A stretch of 64,000 nt of DNA from an uncultured Pirellulales bacterium (GCA_964444665.1 CAYUIE010000012.1:31317-95316), one strand, 5' to 3'. Shown: positions 19,156 through 27,762, numbered from the stretch's first letter. Notes: generated from the sequence alone by a model not told the origin. Numbers and translations: made by a program.

Positions 19156-20223
19156 TCACGAATTACGAGACGCGAGGTTATGAGTAAGCTGGTAGGTCTT
19201 CTTTGTTCGGGCCATATTTATTGCCAGCCTTATCGCAGCCTTCATACTGGAGGGATTTGCGATATTACTTCCCGCGATATCATAAGCCGTACCGTGCGCG
19301 GGGGAAGTCCGGATTATAGGTATGCCGATTGTAACATTGACCGCCTCTTCAAAGGCCAATAGCTTCACAGGTATCATACCCTGGTCATGATACATTGCTA
19401 CTACACCGTCGAACCGTCCTCGGGCCGCTTGGAGAAAGAGGGTATCGGCAGGATATGGGCCGCTGCAGTTTATACCTACTTCCTGAGCCATCAAAATGGC
19501 CGGGGCAATTATGCGTTTCTCTTCATCACCGAACTGTCCATCCTCGCCGGCATGAGGATTCAAGGCGGCCACGCCAATGGAAGGATTGTTAATGGCAAAA
19601 TACTCCTTCAGAGCCGTGTTGAGCAAATCGATTGGCTCAAAGACACGCCCGATAGTAAACTTATGACGCAGATTAAACAAGCCCTCATGAATGGTTGCCA
19701 GTGCCAGTTTAATCGGCCCTGCCACGAACATCATCACTTTTCGCAGTGACTTACAGCGAGCGGCGAGCATTTCGGTATGGCCGGGCCACTTGACACCGGC
19801 CAGCTTCCAGCTGGTCTTACTTATCGGTGCGGTAACTAACGCGTCGATGATGCCGCAGCGTGCGGCGCTCACGGCATCAAGGCAAAACCTCACAGAGGCC
19901 TGGCCGGCCACCTTGCTGGGCCCCTTAACCGTGATAGGCAAAGAATAATCATCATAATCCGCCACCATAACCTGGTGTGGATAATCCCGGCTAAGCTTTT
20001 CATGTTGATGCCGGCCCCAACAAAGGTCCACTTCGGCCATATCGGCAGCGTAGGCAAACTGCTCATGCATTCCGAAGACGATGAATTTAGCTTCTCTGCG
20101 AATCTGCCAGTCCGCAAGCGCCTTGACAATGACTTCAGGGCCGATGCCGGCAGGATCTCCCATTGTTATGCCGATTACCAACGGCTCGTCTGCCAGCTTA
20201 TTGTTATTCTCTGCATTCATCAA
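19156..20223 (-). CDS. pdxA: 4-hydroxythreonine-4-phosphate dehydrogenase PdxA
   Basis: Motifs ITMGDPAGIGPE, GHTEMLA, NPHAGE and YHDQG are present, and the C-terminus has SPAHGTAYDIAG. The length is 355 aa. Confidence 0.85.
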   Translation of the reverse strand: MMNAENNNKLADEPLVIGITMGDPAGIGPEVIVKALADWQIRREAKFIVFGMHEQFAYAADMAEVDLCWGRHQHEKLSRDYPHQVMVADYDDYSLPITVKGPSKVAGQASVRFCLDAVSAARCGIIDALVTAPISKTSWKLAGVKWPGHTEMLAARCKSLRKVMMFVAGPIKLALATIHEGLFNLRHKFTIGRVFEPIDLLNTALKEYFAINNPSIGVAALNPHAGEDGQFGDEEKRIIAPAILMAQEVGINCSGPYPADTLFLQAARGRFDGVVAMYHDQGMIPVKLLAFEEAVNVTIGIPIIRTSPAHGTAYDIAGSNIANPSSMKAAIRLAINMARTKKTYQLTHNLASRNS

Positions 20224-20239
20224 CTAATCCAGGAAAAAC

Positions 20240-20881
20240 CTAAAAACCCAGCTCTTTTAATTTTTCTACGGTTAAATTCTTTCTCCCGGGCAGTATTTTA
20301 TCGAGCTGTTTTTTTATTATTTTGGCAATTATGTCTGTTTCAATGTTAATCCGGTCACCGGGTTTTGCCTTTCCAAGTGTTGTCTCTCGCAGTGTCACCG
20401 GTATCAGGGCCGCCGTGAAACCTTCATTATTAATATCAGCTACCGTCAAACTTACACCGTCAACCGCAACCGCGCCCTTTGGAACGATTTCATCGAGCAG
20501 TTCAGAACACACGGCAAATCGCACGTCGGCAAAGTCGCCTCTTCTGTGAATCCAGCTTACCGTAGCGGTCCCATCTATATGACCCTGAACGATGTGGCCG
20601 CCGAATCTGCCGTCAGCTTTAAGGGCCGTCTCGACATTGACAAGGCTGCCGCTGCGAAGATTACTCAGCGCCGTTTTGTCCAGCGTTTCTTTACTTAGCT
20701 GGAATTCAGCCATGCTGTGATTACATTGCGCAACCGTAAGACAAGCGCCATTTATAGATATGCTGTCACCACACTTCACCTCCCGGCTCAATTCAGCCAA
20801 TTCTACCTGGAGCAGCAAACCCCCGGTAATCGGGCGGGCCGCTTTTACCTTACAGACTGACTCTATAATACCGGTAAACAT
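20240..20881 (-). CDS. ribE: Riboflavin synthase (alpha chain)
   Basis: The start is taken at the family-typical MFTGIIE. The two lumazine-binding repeats are visible (SISINGACLTV and AVAVDGVSLTV). There is a 16-nt gap to pdxA. Confidence 0.85.
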   Translation of the reverse strand: MFTGIIESVCKVKAARPITGGLLLQVELAELSREVKCGDSISINGACLTVAQCNHSMAEFQLSKETLDKTALSNLRSGSLVNVETALKADGRFGGHIVQGHIDGTATVSWIHRRGDFADVRFAVCSELLDEIVPKGAVAVDGVSLTVADINNEGFTAALIPVTLRETTLGKAKPGDRINIETDIIAKIIKKQLDKILPGRKNLTVEKLKELGF

Positions 20882-20925
20882 AAAACCGCTTTTCACAAAC
20901 CAGATTTCAACGGAACCTTTTATTT

Positions 20926-20954
20926 ATATTAAGGTTACGGGCCTTAAAAGTCAA
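20926..20954 (-). promoter_or_regulatory. Candidate sigma-70 promoter for the ribE-pdxA-rsmA operon
   Basis: On the minus strand, TTGACT-N17-TAATAT lies about 45 nt upstream of the ribE start. Confidence 0.4.
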
Positions 20955-21124
20955 ATGCTTTCGATGCGATTTACTGCATCGATGGCCCTCTTAAAGGCTG
21001 AAAAAAGGGTCTGAAGGCTTTGTAAACTAACAGGCATTTATGAAAATATCCTTTTCAACAGGCCTAAAAAGTGCTATGATAGTATGGCTATTAGGTTAAA
21101 TGATTGAGGTTAAGGAAAGCAGAA

Positions 21125-22654
21125 ATGAAAAGAATAGATGATATAAAAAAGGCAGTTATATTGCTAATGGTAATAACGACAGGGGTTTTATGGTCAGACC
21201 TGGTTTTAGCAGCACGACAGGGCGGCCCGGCGCGCCCGGGGAGGGAATTCCGAGGAAAAGACCGGCGAGGAGACCGGGCGGAAGATGAAACCGCCGCTAC
21301 AGCCGGCGCAGAAATAAATTCCAAACTTCAAGTAGTGCTAAACGTGGCCAATGAAGGAGGCAAACTCGAGCCGAAGGAAATCGAGATTGCAAAGAGAACA
21401 CTGCTCGAGAGCAGAAAATATCTAAAAGATTTTACAGAAGTCGAACAATGTGACTACTACCTGTTGAGCGCCTGGATGAATTATTTTGCAGGTAATTACA
21501 GAAGAGCCCTTGGTGAGGCGAATAAGGCCAGCAAAGCGAATCCGGACGATGGCGATGCCACGGCGACACAGATAGCACTTTCGATGCTGAACAACGAATT
21601 TCTGCCTGTGGCCGATCGGACCAAAGACCAGGAGGAAATAACAATCTTCGGGACCGAAGGAGCCGGTCAAGAAACGGGAGGGGAAGGCCATATCGGTCGA
21701 ACTTTGGATTTCAACCTGAATTTTATAAAGGGAAATGTGCTGGGAAACAAGGTTTCAAATCTGGAGTTGAGCTGCCTGAACGGAAGTAATTTGTCATATG
21801 ACGCCGGCAATGAAACCTTTTGTATGATTATCTGGAAAACAGGACCAAGCGAAGCGAGCGAGACAACAACCCGCACTGAATCGTTCCCGGTGTACGGCGC
21901 TATGGAGCCGGGGGGCTATGGCGGACCGAGAAGCCCCGGCGGCAGAAGGGGTAGAACGGGCAGGCGCACCGTAGAGGATGCCTCCGCACAAATGCTCGCG
22001 TTTTCAGATTTGTTCCTGGCACATTACGAGAACCCACGATTCCGGTTCGTGGGTATCAACCTCGACAGTCCGGACAGCAAGATAAAGGTAATGGAAACAT
22101 TACTGGAGAGCCCGTGGCCGTGGGCTCAAGCGATGGCAACAGACCCGGCTAATAAAGCAATTTCACAATTCGCAGAAATGAAAATTCGACAACCAACTCT
22201 CGTAATTGCACAGCCCGGCGGCACGGTATTCTACGCCGGTCCAGCGTCTGGTTTTCTTCCCAAGATACTCTTAAATTACGTTAGTAGTGCGACAGAATCG
22301 GCAACCGGCTCGCACAAGACTGAAACGTCAACGATGCGGAAAAGATCGGCCACTTCAACCACCGATACCTTAGAAGAGCAGGCAAAAAAACATCAGGATG
22401 AGACCTCGGCCTGGTCGGATGAAACAGAAGAAGACGAAATCAACCCCCATGCAGAAAACCTCTACCAGATGGCGCTAGTTCACCAAAGATCCGGCAGGGT
22501 ATTGGGGTATGGACGTATGGTAGAGTACTGTCGGAAGATTCAAGGGCTTTATCCGGACAGCCCACAAGCTAAGAAGACCAAAGAGCTTCTACGTCAGCTA
22601 CCGGAAAAAGAGCAAAAAAAATATAAAGTCACCGACGAGGAAAAGGGGCTTTAA
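21125..22654 (+). CDS. Secreted hypothetical protein (helical N-terminal part, degenerate thioredoxin-like middle, Arg/Gly-rich patches)
   Basis: ATG at 21125 has an AAGGA Shine-Dalgarno; the ORF track starts at the TTG at 21104. There is a signal/anchor segment (VILLMVITTGVLWSDLVLAA). The region FCMIIWKTGPSE...FVGINLD resembles a redoxin fold without CxxC. No confident family call. Confidence 0.35.
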   Translation: MKRIDDIKKAVILLMVITTGVLWSDLVLAARQGGPARPGREFRGKDRRGDRAEDETAATAGAEINSKLQVVLNVANEGGKLEPKEIEIAKRTLLESRKYLKDFTEVEQCDYYLLSAWMNYFAGNYRRALGEANKASKANPDDGDATATQIALSMLNNEFLPVADRTKDQEEITIFGTEGAGQETGGEGHIGRTLDFNLNFIKGNVLGNKVSNLELSCLNGSNLSYDAGNETFCMIIWKTGPSEASETTTRTESFPVYGAMEPGGYGGPRSPGGRRGRTGRRTVEDASAQMLAFSDLFLAHYENPRFRFVGINLDSPDSKIKVMETLLESPWPWAQAMATDPANKAISQFAEMKIRQPTLVIAQPGGTVFYAGPASGFLPKILLNYVSSATESATGSHKTETSTMRKRSATSTTDTLEEQAKKHQDETSAWSDETEEDEINPHAENLYQMALVHQRSGRVLGYGRMVEYCRKIQGLYPDSPQAKKTKELLRQLPEKEQKKYKVTDEEKGL

Positions 22655-22684
22655 AACAAACAAAGGATTGTTTGGGAGGTTCTG

Positions 22685-23572
22685 ATGGGTAATATCTCAC
22701 CTCATAGGGGGATTCCGACCATCTCTTTACAGGCCCGGTGTTTGCCTGAAGCCTGGGAGAAGGCCGTGCTGGCAGTGTGGGACCACGGCATAGAAATCAA
22801 GAGCCAATACGATATGCCCAATGAACCGCCCTGCAAGGATGCAACGGTGGTAATAACATTGACCGAGCCGATGGCAGAGCCTCGTATCCATAAAAATTTT
22901 CCCGGTGGTCCCGCCGAACTTGAGGCCTATCGCCAGGAGGTGGTAAACGGCATCCACGACCACTGGATTAACGGCGAAGCAGGTAAGTGGACATATACCT
23001 ACCACCAGAGATTGTTTGCATATCCGGCCGATAGCGGCAAGGAGCCGGATGGAGGCCGGCCGTTTCCGACAGTTAACCAGATTGACCATATAATCGAAAC
23101 GCTGGCTAATACCGGCTACAGCCGGCGCGCACAGGCGATAACCTGGATTCCCACCGCCGACATAGACAGCGAACACCCGCCCTGCCTGCAGCGAATATGG
23201 TGCCGAGTTAATACCGGCCCCGACGGACAAAGACTATTGAATATAAACACTCACTGGCGCAGCAGAGATTTATATAAGGCCTGGTTTATGAACGCCTACG
23301 CGCTGACGGATTTGCAGAGAACAATAGCCCAACGAATTTCCGAGAAATTAAATGAACCGGTGGCAGTGGGCAGATACGTTGAGATGACGGACTCGCTTCA
23401 TATCTACGGCCGGGACTTACAGGAGGCCGGCCTGGAAGTCAAAAAGATGCACCAATCACCGTTTACGCAGCGCGCATGGGAAACCACACACCCTGCTTTT
23501 AAAGCAATGACCCAGGAGGCCAGCGAGAAACTTGCCCTGGACCCGGACTGGTTTGCTAAGGCCAGGGGCTGA
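22685..23572 (+). CDS. Divergent thymidylate-synthase-fold (ThyA superfamily) enzyme
   Basis: Counterparts of ThyA catalytic elements occur in the right order. SRRAQAITW matches the phosphate-binding RR. PPCLQRIWC matches the catalytic Cys of PCH..FQF. WRSRDLYKAWFMN matches QRS.D....PFN. DSLHIY matches D.H.Y. Strong GGGAGG Shine-Dalgarno. Confidence 0.6.
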   Translation: MGNISPHRGIPTISLQARCLPEAWEKAVLAVWDHGIEIKSQYDMPNEPPCKDATVVITLTEPMAEPRIHKNFPGGPAELEAYRQEVVNGIHDHWINGEAGKWTYTYHQRLFAYPADSGKEPDGGRPFPTVNQIDHIIETLANTGYSRRAQAITWIPTADIDSEHPPCLQRIWCRVNTGPDGQRLLNINTHWRSRDLYKAWFMNAYALTDLQRTIAQRISEKLNEPVAVGRYVEMTDSLHIYGRDLQEAGLEVKKMHQSPFTQRAWETTHPAFKAMTQEASEKLALDPDWFAKARG

Positions 23573-23753
23573 TTTCGGCCCTTTCCGTAAAAAACACGCC
23601 CGACCAAACAAAAGCCCTGATTTTGCACTATAAAAAATCCTGGCCGAAATAAAGAATTCCCTCACTTAGGTCCTTAAAAATCTGCAGGCATTTCACTCAA
23701 AGAAGGATTTGACTGAAAGAAAGACCTTTCGTTAATGGTTCACTGATATTCTC

Positions 23754-23782
23754 TTGATTTCTGCAGGCATATCGTATATACT
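23754..23782 (+). promoter_or_regulatory. Candidate sigma-70 promoter inside the convergent intergenic gap
   Basis: TTGATT (23754-23759), a 17-nt spacer, then TATACT (23777-23782). No annotated plus-strand gene lies downstream before the terminator at 24251. Confidence 0.4.
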
Positions 23783-23789
23783 AAACGTT

Positions 23790-24285
23790 GTAAACTCACA
23801 AGAGCTTCGGGGGAAGAAATAAGCAAAACAAGGGGGGAAAGTGAAAACGTCGTTTTTAACTTTTTTGATTGCGATATTAGGGGGTCGCGGTCCGCCGGAG
23901 TCTGAAAGGGTAAGTTAAAACATACCTTGACGGCATTGATACCAATAAAAATAGTAAAAAAAAACAAAGCACAAATAGGGCTAAGAATTTGAAGAAAAAC
24001 AGAATCTTTTAAATTTGCCCGTTTGTGATTTATTTATTATGGTTTACATAAGCAGGAACGAAGAGGCCAACAGGCGGTCAGCTTCTTCTCTCCTCCGGGC
24101 TGGTTACCTGAGGCACAACGTTCCGCTGAGATTTTCCTGCCTTGGGGGGAACAGGCAAGCAACACCGGGGCAGGATTGAATGCATTGCTCTTGGAGAGCT
24201 TATCAATAAAATCTTTGGGGGGCCACTTAGGTAAGTTTCTTTCCGAGTGGGGCCTCTGCGGCAGGGGACGCAGAGGCCTTTTTTT
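23790..24285 (+). ncRNA. Candidate orphan transcript (about 500 nt; sRNA and/or micro-ORF mRNA), class unknown
   Basis: It is bounded by the promoter-like element at 23754-23782 and the strong terminator at 24251-24285. No ORF of 60 aa or more is on this strand. Five runs of G5-G6 occur on the plus strand only. A 25-codon ORF spans 23841-23918. Confidence 0.3.
24251..24285 (+). terminator. Rho-independent terminator (plus-strand orientation)
   Basis: GGCCTCTGCG (24251-24260) pairs with CGCAGAGGCC (24269-24278) around an 8-nt loop, followed by seven T (24279-24285). In the minus orientation no U-tract follows the stem, so it does not look like the terminator of the PFK gene. Confidence 0.8.
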
Positions 24286-24300
24286 ATTATCCCAAACCGG

Positions 24301-25509
24301 CTAAATCCGCGGATAATTGCCTAAGTAACAGGTCTTGGGCAGCGGCCCTGTTAACGGCATCGCATATTCGATAAATGCCTTGGTAACGCCGTTGCCGTCC
24401 GCGTTAATAAATTCATCCGGCATTGATTTTGTCTTCTCGGCTACATCGGCAAGCTGGGTCCTGAATATTTCGATGCTATAGTTCTCGCCGTTACCTGTCC
24501 GCCTGATAGCGACCGAGCCGCTTTGTTCCTGTACAGCGTATTGAACCGCATGGCGACCACACCAGCGGGCCTCTCTGGCATCAACGACCGATTGAAATCC
24601 TGCAAAACTCCTCTGCAGATAGCCGAATGTATCAGCCCGGACACGCTTGACTTCCATCAAAGTTTTTACCTGAGCAGCCAAAAAGTCTGCAAGAGCACCT
24701 GTTCCGGAAAGCTGTACGTTCCCATGGGCGTCCATCTCCCTCTCTTTGGCCAGTTTCACAGCCCAGGTTACACCTTCGGCATCGCAAATACCCTCGCTGA
24801 TTGCAACGACACATCGACCAAGTTTCTTATAAACGCCCTCCACATCGGTGAGGAACTTGTCGAGTGAAACACCTCTTTCAGGTATGTACACAAGATGAGG
24901 ACCGTCATCGTCTCTCTGTTTTCCTAAAACGGAGGCGGCCGTCAAAAATCCGGCGTGTCGGCCCATCACACAATCGATTTTAATTCCACCAAGTGCTCGA
25001 TTATCAAGCTCATCGCCCAACAATGCACAGGCAACAAACCTCGCCGCAGTGCCATATCCAGGACAGTGGTCCGTAACCAGCAGGTCATTATCTATAGTCT
25101 TGGGAATATGAAACGCCCGCAATTCATAATCGGCCTCGGCTGCCATTTTGTTTATGACGTGAAGTGTGTTCGCGGAATCGTTACCTCCAATGTAGAAGAA
25201 GTATCTTATATTACGCTTCTTAAATACGTCGAAGATTCGCCGACAGTACTCCTCGTCGGGTTTATCCCTGCTTGAGCCGAGAGCAGCCGAAGGCGAAGCT
25301 GCTACTAATTCCAGCGTATCAGCGGATAGCCTGCCCAGGTCGATAAAATCATCTTTCACAACTCCGGCAACAGCGTGATGGGCGCCGTAAAGATTTTCAA
25401 TCTCCGGATGTTTGCGAGCCTCCTCTATCACACCTACCAAAGATGCGTTAATAACCGCCGTCGGCCCGCCGGATTGACCAACTACAGCGTTCGCCTTTGG
25501 TGCATTCAT
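24301..25509 (-). CDS. Phosphofructokinase (PfkA family) with pyrophosphate-dependent signature residues
   Basis: Motifs GGPTAVINAS, IGGNDSANT, PKTIDNDL and MGRHAG are present. Asp in GG-x-D-S and Lys in PKTIDND sit where ATP-dependent enzymes have GGDGS and PGTIDND. Confidence 0.85.
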   Translation of the reverse strand: MNAPKANAVVGQSGGPTAVINASLVGVIEEARKHPEIENLYGAHHAVAGVVKDDFIDLGRLSADTLELVAASPSAALGSSRDKPDEEYCRRIFDVFKKRNIRYFFYIGGNDSANTLHVINKMAAEADYELRAFHIPKTIDNDLLVTDHCPGYGTAARFVACALLGDELDNRALGGIKIDCVMGRHAGFLTAASVLGKQRDDDGPHLVYIPERGVSLDKFLTDVEGVYKKLGRCVVAISEGICDAEGVTWAVKLAKEREMDAHGNVQLSGTGALADFLAAQVKTLMEVKRVRADTFGYLQRSFAGFQSVVDAREARWCGRHAVQYAVQEQSGSVAIRRTGNGENYSIEIFRTQLADVAEKTKSMPDEFINADGNGVTKAFIEYAMPLTGPLPKTCYLGNYPRI

Positions 25510-25877
25510 TAATTCCTGACCTTTTATTTAATAATAGTGCTATATTAACTTTTCGAATCTTCGCCCTTGTTTCTTTAGCTTAAACGTTCGAAAAGAGCAT
25601 TATATTGAGGGATTATCGCCATGCAAGCATAATTTCAATTCACCAAGCGGAAAAGAAAAAATGATTAAAGTAATTATATCTCGATTAACTACATTCGGCA
25701 ATATAACTAAGTCGGCGACACCCCCAACCGAAACTCAACACATAAAATTCAGAGCTTGCTATTTCTCCCCGCATTTGCCAGAGTACAACCGGAAAACACA
25801 ATACCCTGAGTCTTCACATAGGATATCTCAAGAGCCCCGCTACAGAAGTTCTTGTAACGTGTCATTGACCCAACTAA

Positions 25878-26306
25878 TCAACTGTCTCCCTGATCCTCAA
25901 GGCCTTTTACTATAACATCCACAAGTTCGTCGACTTTGTAAAACACATCATCAGCACCCCAGCGGCATATCATATTGTAAGCCCTTACCTCATTATCAAC
26001 GTCCAGCTCACCAATCCTGAAAATCGATGGGAACCTATGTCGAAGAAATAAGAGATCATAAGGCATATCAGCTTTACCAACACAACTTTGTACCACAGTT
26101 ACTAAATTCTTCTTATTGTAGCCAGTTGAACTATTCAAATCACTTGTCTTCGCATAAGGTAAAATTACAATCTCTTCACCCCGACGATTGATACAGCAGG
26201 CTATTTTTTCGCTGCCCTGAGTGATAGCATCAATTAGTTTTCGTTGATGTTTCTCTTTATCACAAATAAGCATTATCCCAGCCTTTTCTTTCTTTTCTAC
26301 CAACAT
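25878..26306 (-). CDS. Small receiver-like (CheY-fold?) protein with degenerate acidic pocket
   Basis: The start is set at the ATG preceded by a GGAGG Shine-Dalgarno (MLVEKKEKAG...). The pattern IMLICDKE...VGKADMPYDLLFLR...GADDVFYK loosely follows beta1 / DxMP / GAxDYxxK of receiver domains. The usual DD pair is replaced. AT-rich gene. Confidence 0.35.
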   Translation of the reverse strand: MLVEKKEKAGIMLICDKEKHQRKLIDAITQGSEKIACCINRRGEEIVILPYAKTSDLNSSTGYNKKNLVTVVQSCVGKADMPYDLLFLRHRFPSIFRIGELDVDNEVRAYNMICRWGADDVFYKVDELVDVIVKGLEDQGDS

Positions 26307-26471
26307 TATATACCTCCTCAAATAATAGCGAATACACCAGATAACTGCCCATAACACCTAAACACTACACGACTCTATATAGAGTATAAACCCAAAATAA
26401 CAACGAGGTGATAAAAATAAACAATGCCGCGCCCAAAAAGAAGTAAACACAACCACGCCCAGAACAAGCAC

Positions 26472-26499
26472 TTGACAGAAAACTATAGACCATTACAAT
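26472..26499 (+). promoter_or_regulatory. Candidate sigma-70 promoter for the SorC-like gene
   Basis: TTGACA (26472-26477), a 16-nt spacer, then TACAAT (26494-26499). Small palindromes ACAATAAATTGT and TTGTACAA follow. Confidence 0.45.
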
Positions 26500-26634
26500 A
26501 AATTGTCATATTATCTCATTTTTGTACAATCGTCTTTTTAATTTACAAGATCAGCTTTAATTTTGCAGTACAAATAAAACTCACGATGTTATAGGGTTTG
26601 CTCACTTATAAGTCTATCACAGAGGTTTAAATAT

Positions 26635-27762
26635 ATGGAAAAGCTTGAGTATAAAAGAATGCGGAAAGAAAATGAAAGTTTATATCGCCAACTCGTTTAT
26701 GAAGTAGCTCGTCTTTTCGTGGAAGAACGCAAAATCCATGTTAAGGAAATAATAAATAGTGTGTATGGATGGGCCAGCAAAAATGCTAATGATTACTATC
26801 ATGCGGATGGTGAAAAGGAACTCCATGGCAACTGGGTCAGCCGAAGATTAGTAGATGCAATAAAGAACCATTTCGTTTCGTTGGGTAACTTTGAAGATGC
26901 AGAAATTAAAAGGGAAATTCTCGATTTTATACGGTTACCTAAAGATGTTACGCTAAATTTTGCGCCCAACTATGAAGTGTTACTAAAGCAGGCATGTCTT
27001 GATTTTGACAAGAAACTAACGAACAAAGTTAAGGCTTCACCCCAGAATACACAAGTCGTGGTTGGTGTTTCGGGTGGTAAAACAACCTTGGACCTCAGCA
27101 AAACCCTTCGTGACATAAGAGAAAGCCTGAAATGGAATGAAGTCCCGTCTAAGCAAAAGAAAAACGTAATCATATGCAGTCTCACAAGCGGTGGTTCGCG
27201 GGTAAACATTGCCGCCTTATCAGATACGGTAGCTGCAAATATCGCTCAGGAACTTGATGTCCAGGCCAGTGGCTTTTTAGGCCCTCCATTATTCAAAGAC
27301 AAAGAATCCAAGGATATATTTATCAAAGATAAAGAAGTGCGGATACATATCGACTTGGCACACAAAGCTAACATTATTTTGACCTCGGTTGGTAATATAA
27401 CAGATCCTGACGATAACGCATTGACAAGCCAAATTATAAAAACTGTAGATTTGGAATACCTTAAACAACTTCGGGAGAATAATAAGCACCTTGGTGATAT
27501 ACTTTACAATTGCTATAACGGCCATAATGGCAATCCAATCCCAATAGCACCAATACATGACCGAGTATTTTCGGTTATCACCTGCAAGGATCTTTGGACA
27601 ATGGTATCCAGCAAGCAAACAGAGTGTATCGTTGTGGCAAAAGGTTATGACAAAGGGTATCATGCCTTACGAGGCGTAATATCGAGGGGAATGGCCAGTG
27701 ACATACATATGGACCTTGATTGTGCACATGGATTAAGAGATGTTGGCAGAGAAGAACCATAA
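26635..27762 (+). CDS. SorC/CggR-like protein (sugar-phosphate-binding domain; divergent, interrupted N-terminal HTH-like region)
   Basis: VVGVSGGKTTLD resembles the SorC-family GVSWGRT motif. ILTSVGNI, GDILYNCYNGHNG and IVVAKGYDKGYHALRGVI follow the order of the SorC sugar-binding domain. In the N-terminus, VARLFVEE...WVSRRLVDAIKNHFVSL resembles the SorC HTH with an insertion of about 25 aa. Confidence 0.5.
   Translation: MEKLEYKRMRKENESLYRQLVYEVARLFVEERKIHVKEIINSVYGWASKNANDYYHADGEKELHGNWVSRRLVDAIKNHFVSLGNFEDAEIKREILDFIRLPKDVTLNFAPNYEVLLKQACLDFDKKLTNKVKASPQNTQVVVGVSGGKTTLDLSKTLRDIRESLKWNEVPSKQKKNVIICSLTSGGSRVNIAALSDTVAANIAQELDVQASGFLGPPLFKDKESKDIFIKDKEVRIHIDLAHKANIILTSVGNITDPDDNALTSQIIKTVDLEYLKQLRENNKHLGDILYNCYNGHNGNPIPIAPIHDRVFSVITCKDLWTMVSSKQTECIVVAKGYDKGYHALRGVISRGMASDIHMDLDCAHGLRDVGREEP

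Noticed and set aside
20897-21124. I looked for an FMN (RFN) riboswitch upstream of ribE.
   Set aside because: The minus-strand leader is only about 45 nt downstream of the candidate promoter and lacks the conserved RFN core. An 8-bp hairpin (TCGATGC...GCATCGA, 20962-20985) is present, but it lies upstream of the promoter.
23740-23967. A 75-aa minus-strand ORF in the ThyA-like/PFK convergent gap.
   Set aside because: It has no Shine-Dalgarno sequence and starts in a poly-A/T tract. Its sequence is low-complexity (MFFFTIFIG...). The plus-strand promoter and terminator pair explains the region better.
23573-24300. I checked whether the large gap hides tmRNA, RNase P RNA, SRP/4.5S RNA, a tRNA or a cobalamin riboswitch.
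   Set aside because: None of the hallmark motifs is present on either strand. There is no GGGG...UCCACCA tmRNA frame or T-arm GGTTCGAATCC. There is no GAGGAAAGUCC / ACAGAA P4 motif of RNase P. There is no GGAA-tetraloop SRP domain IV. The single GCCACT is not accompanied by the rest of the B12 box. The class therefore remains unknown.
27064-27087. A Walker-A look-alike, GVSGGKTT, in the SorC-like protein.
   Set aside because: The spacing is G-x3-GKT, one residue short of GxxxxGK[ST]. It aligns better with the SorC-family GVSWGRT sugar-binding-domain motif, and no Walker B follows.
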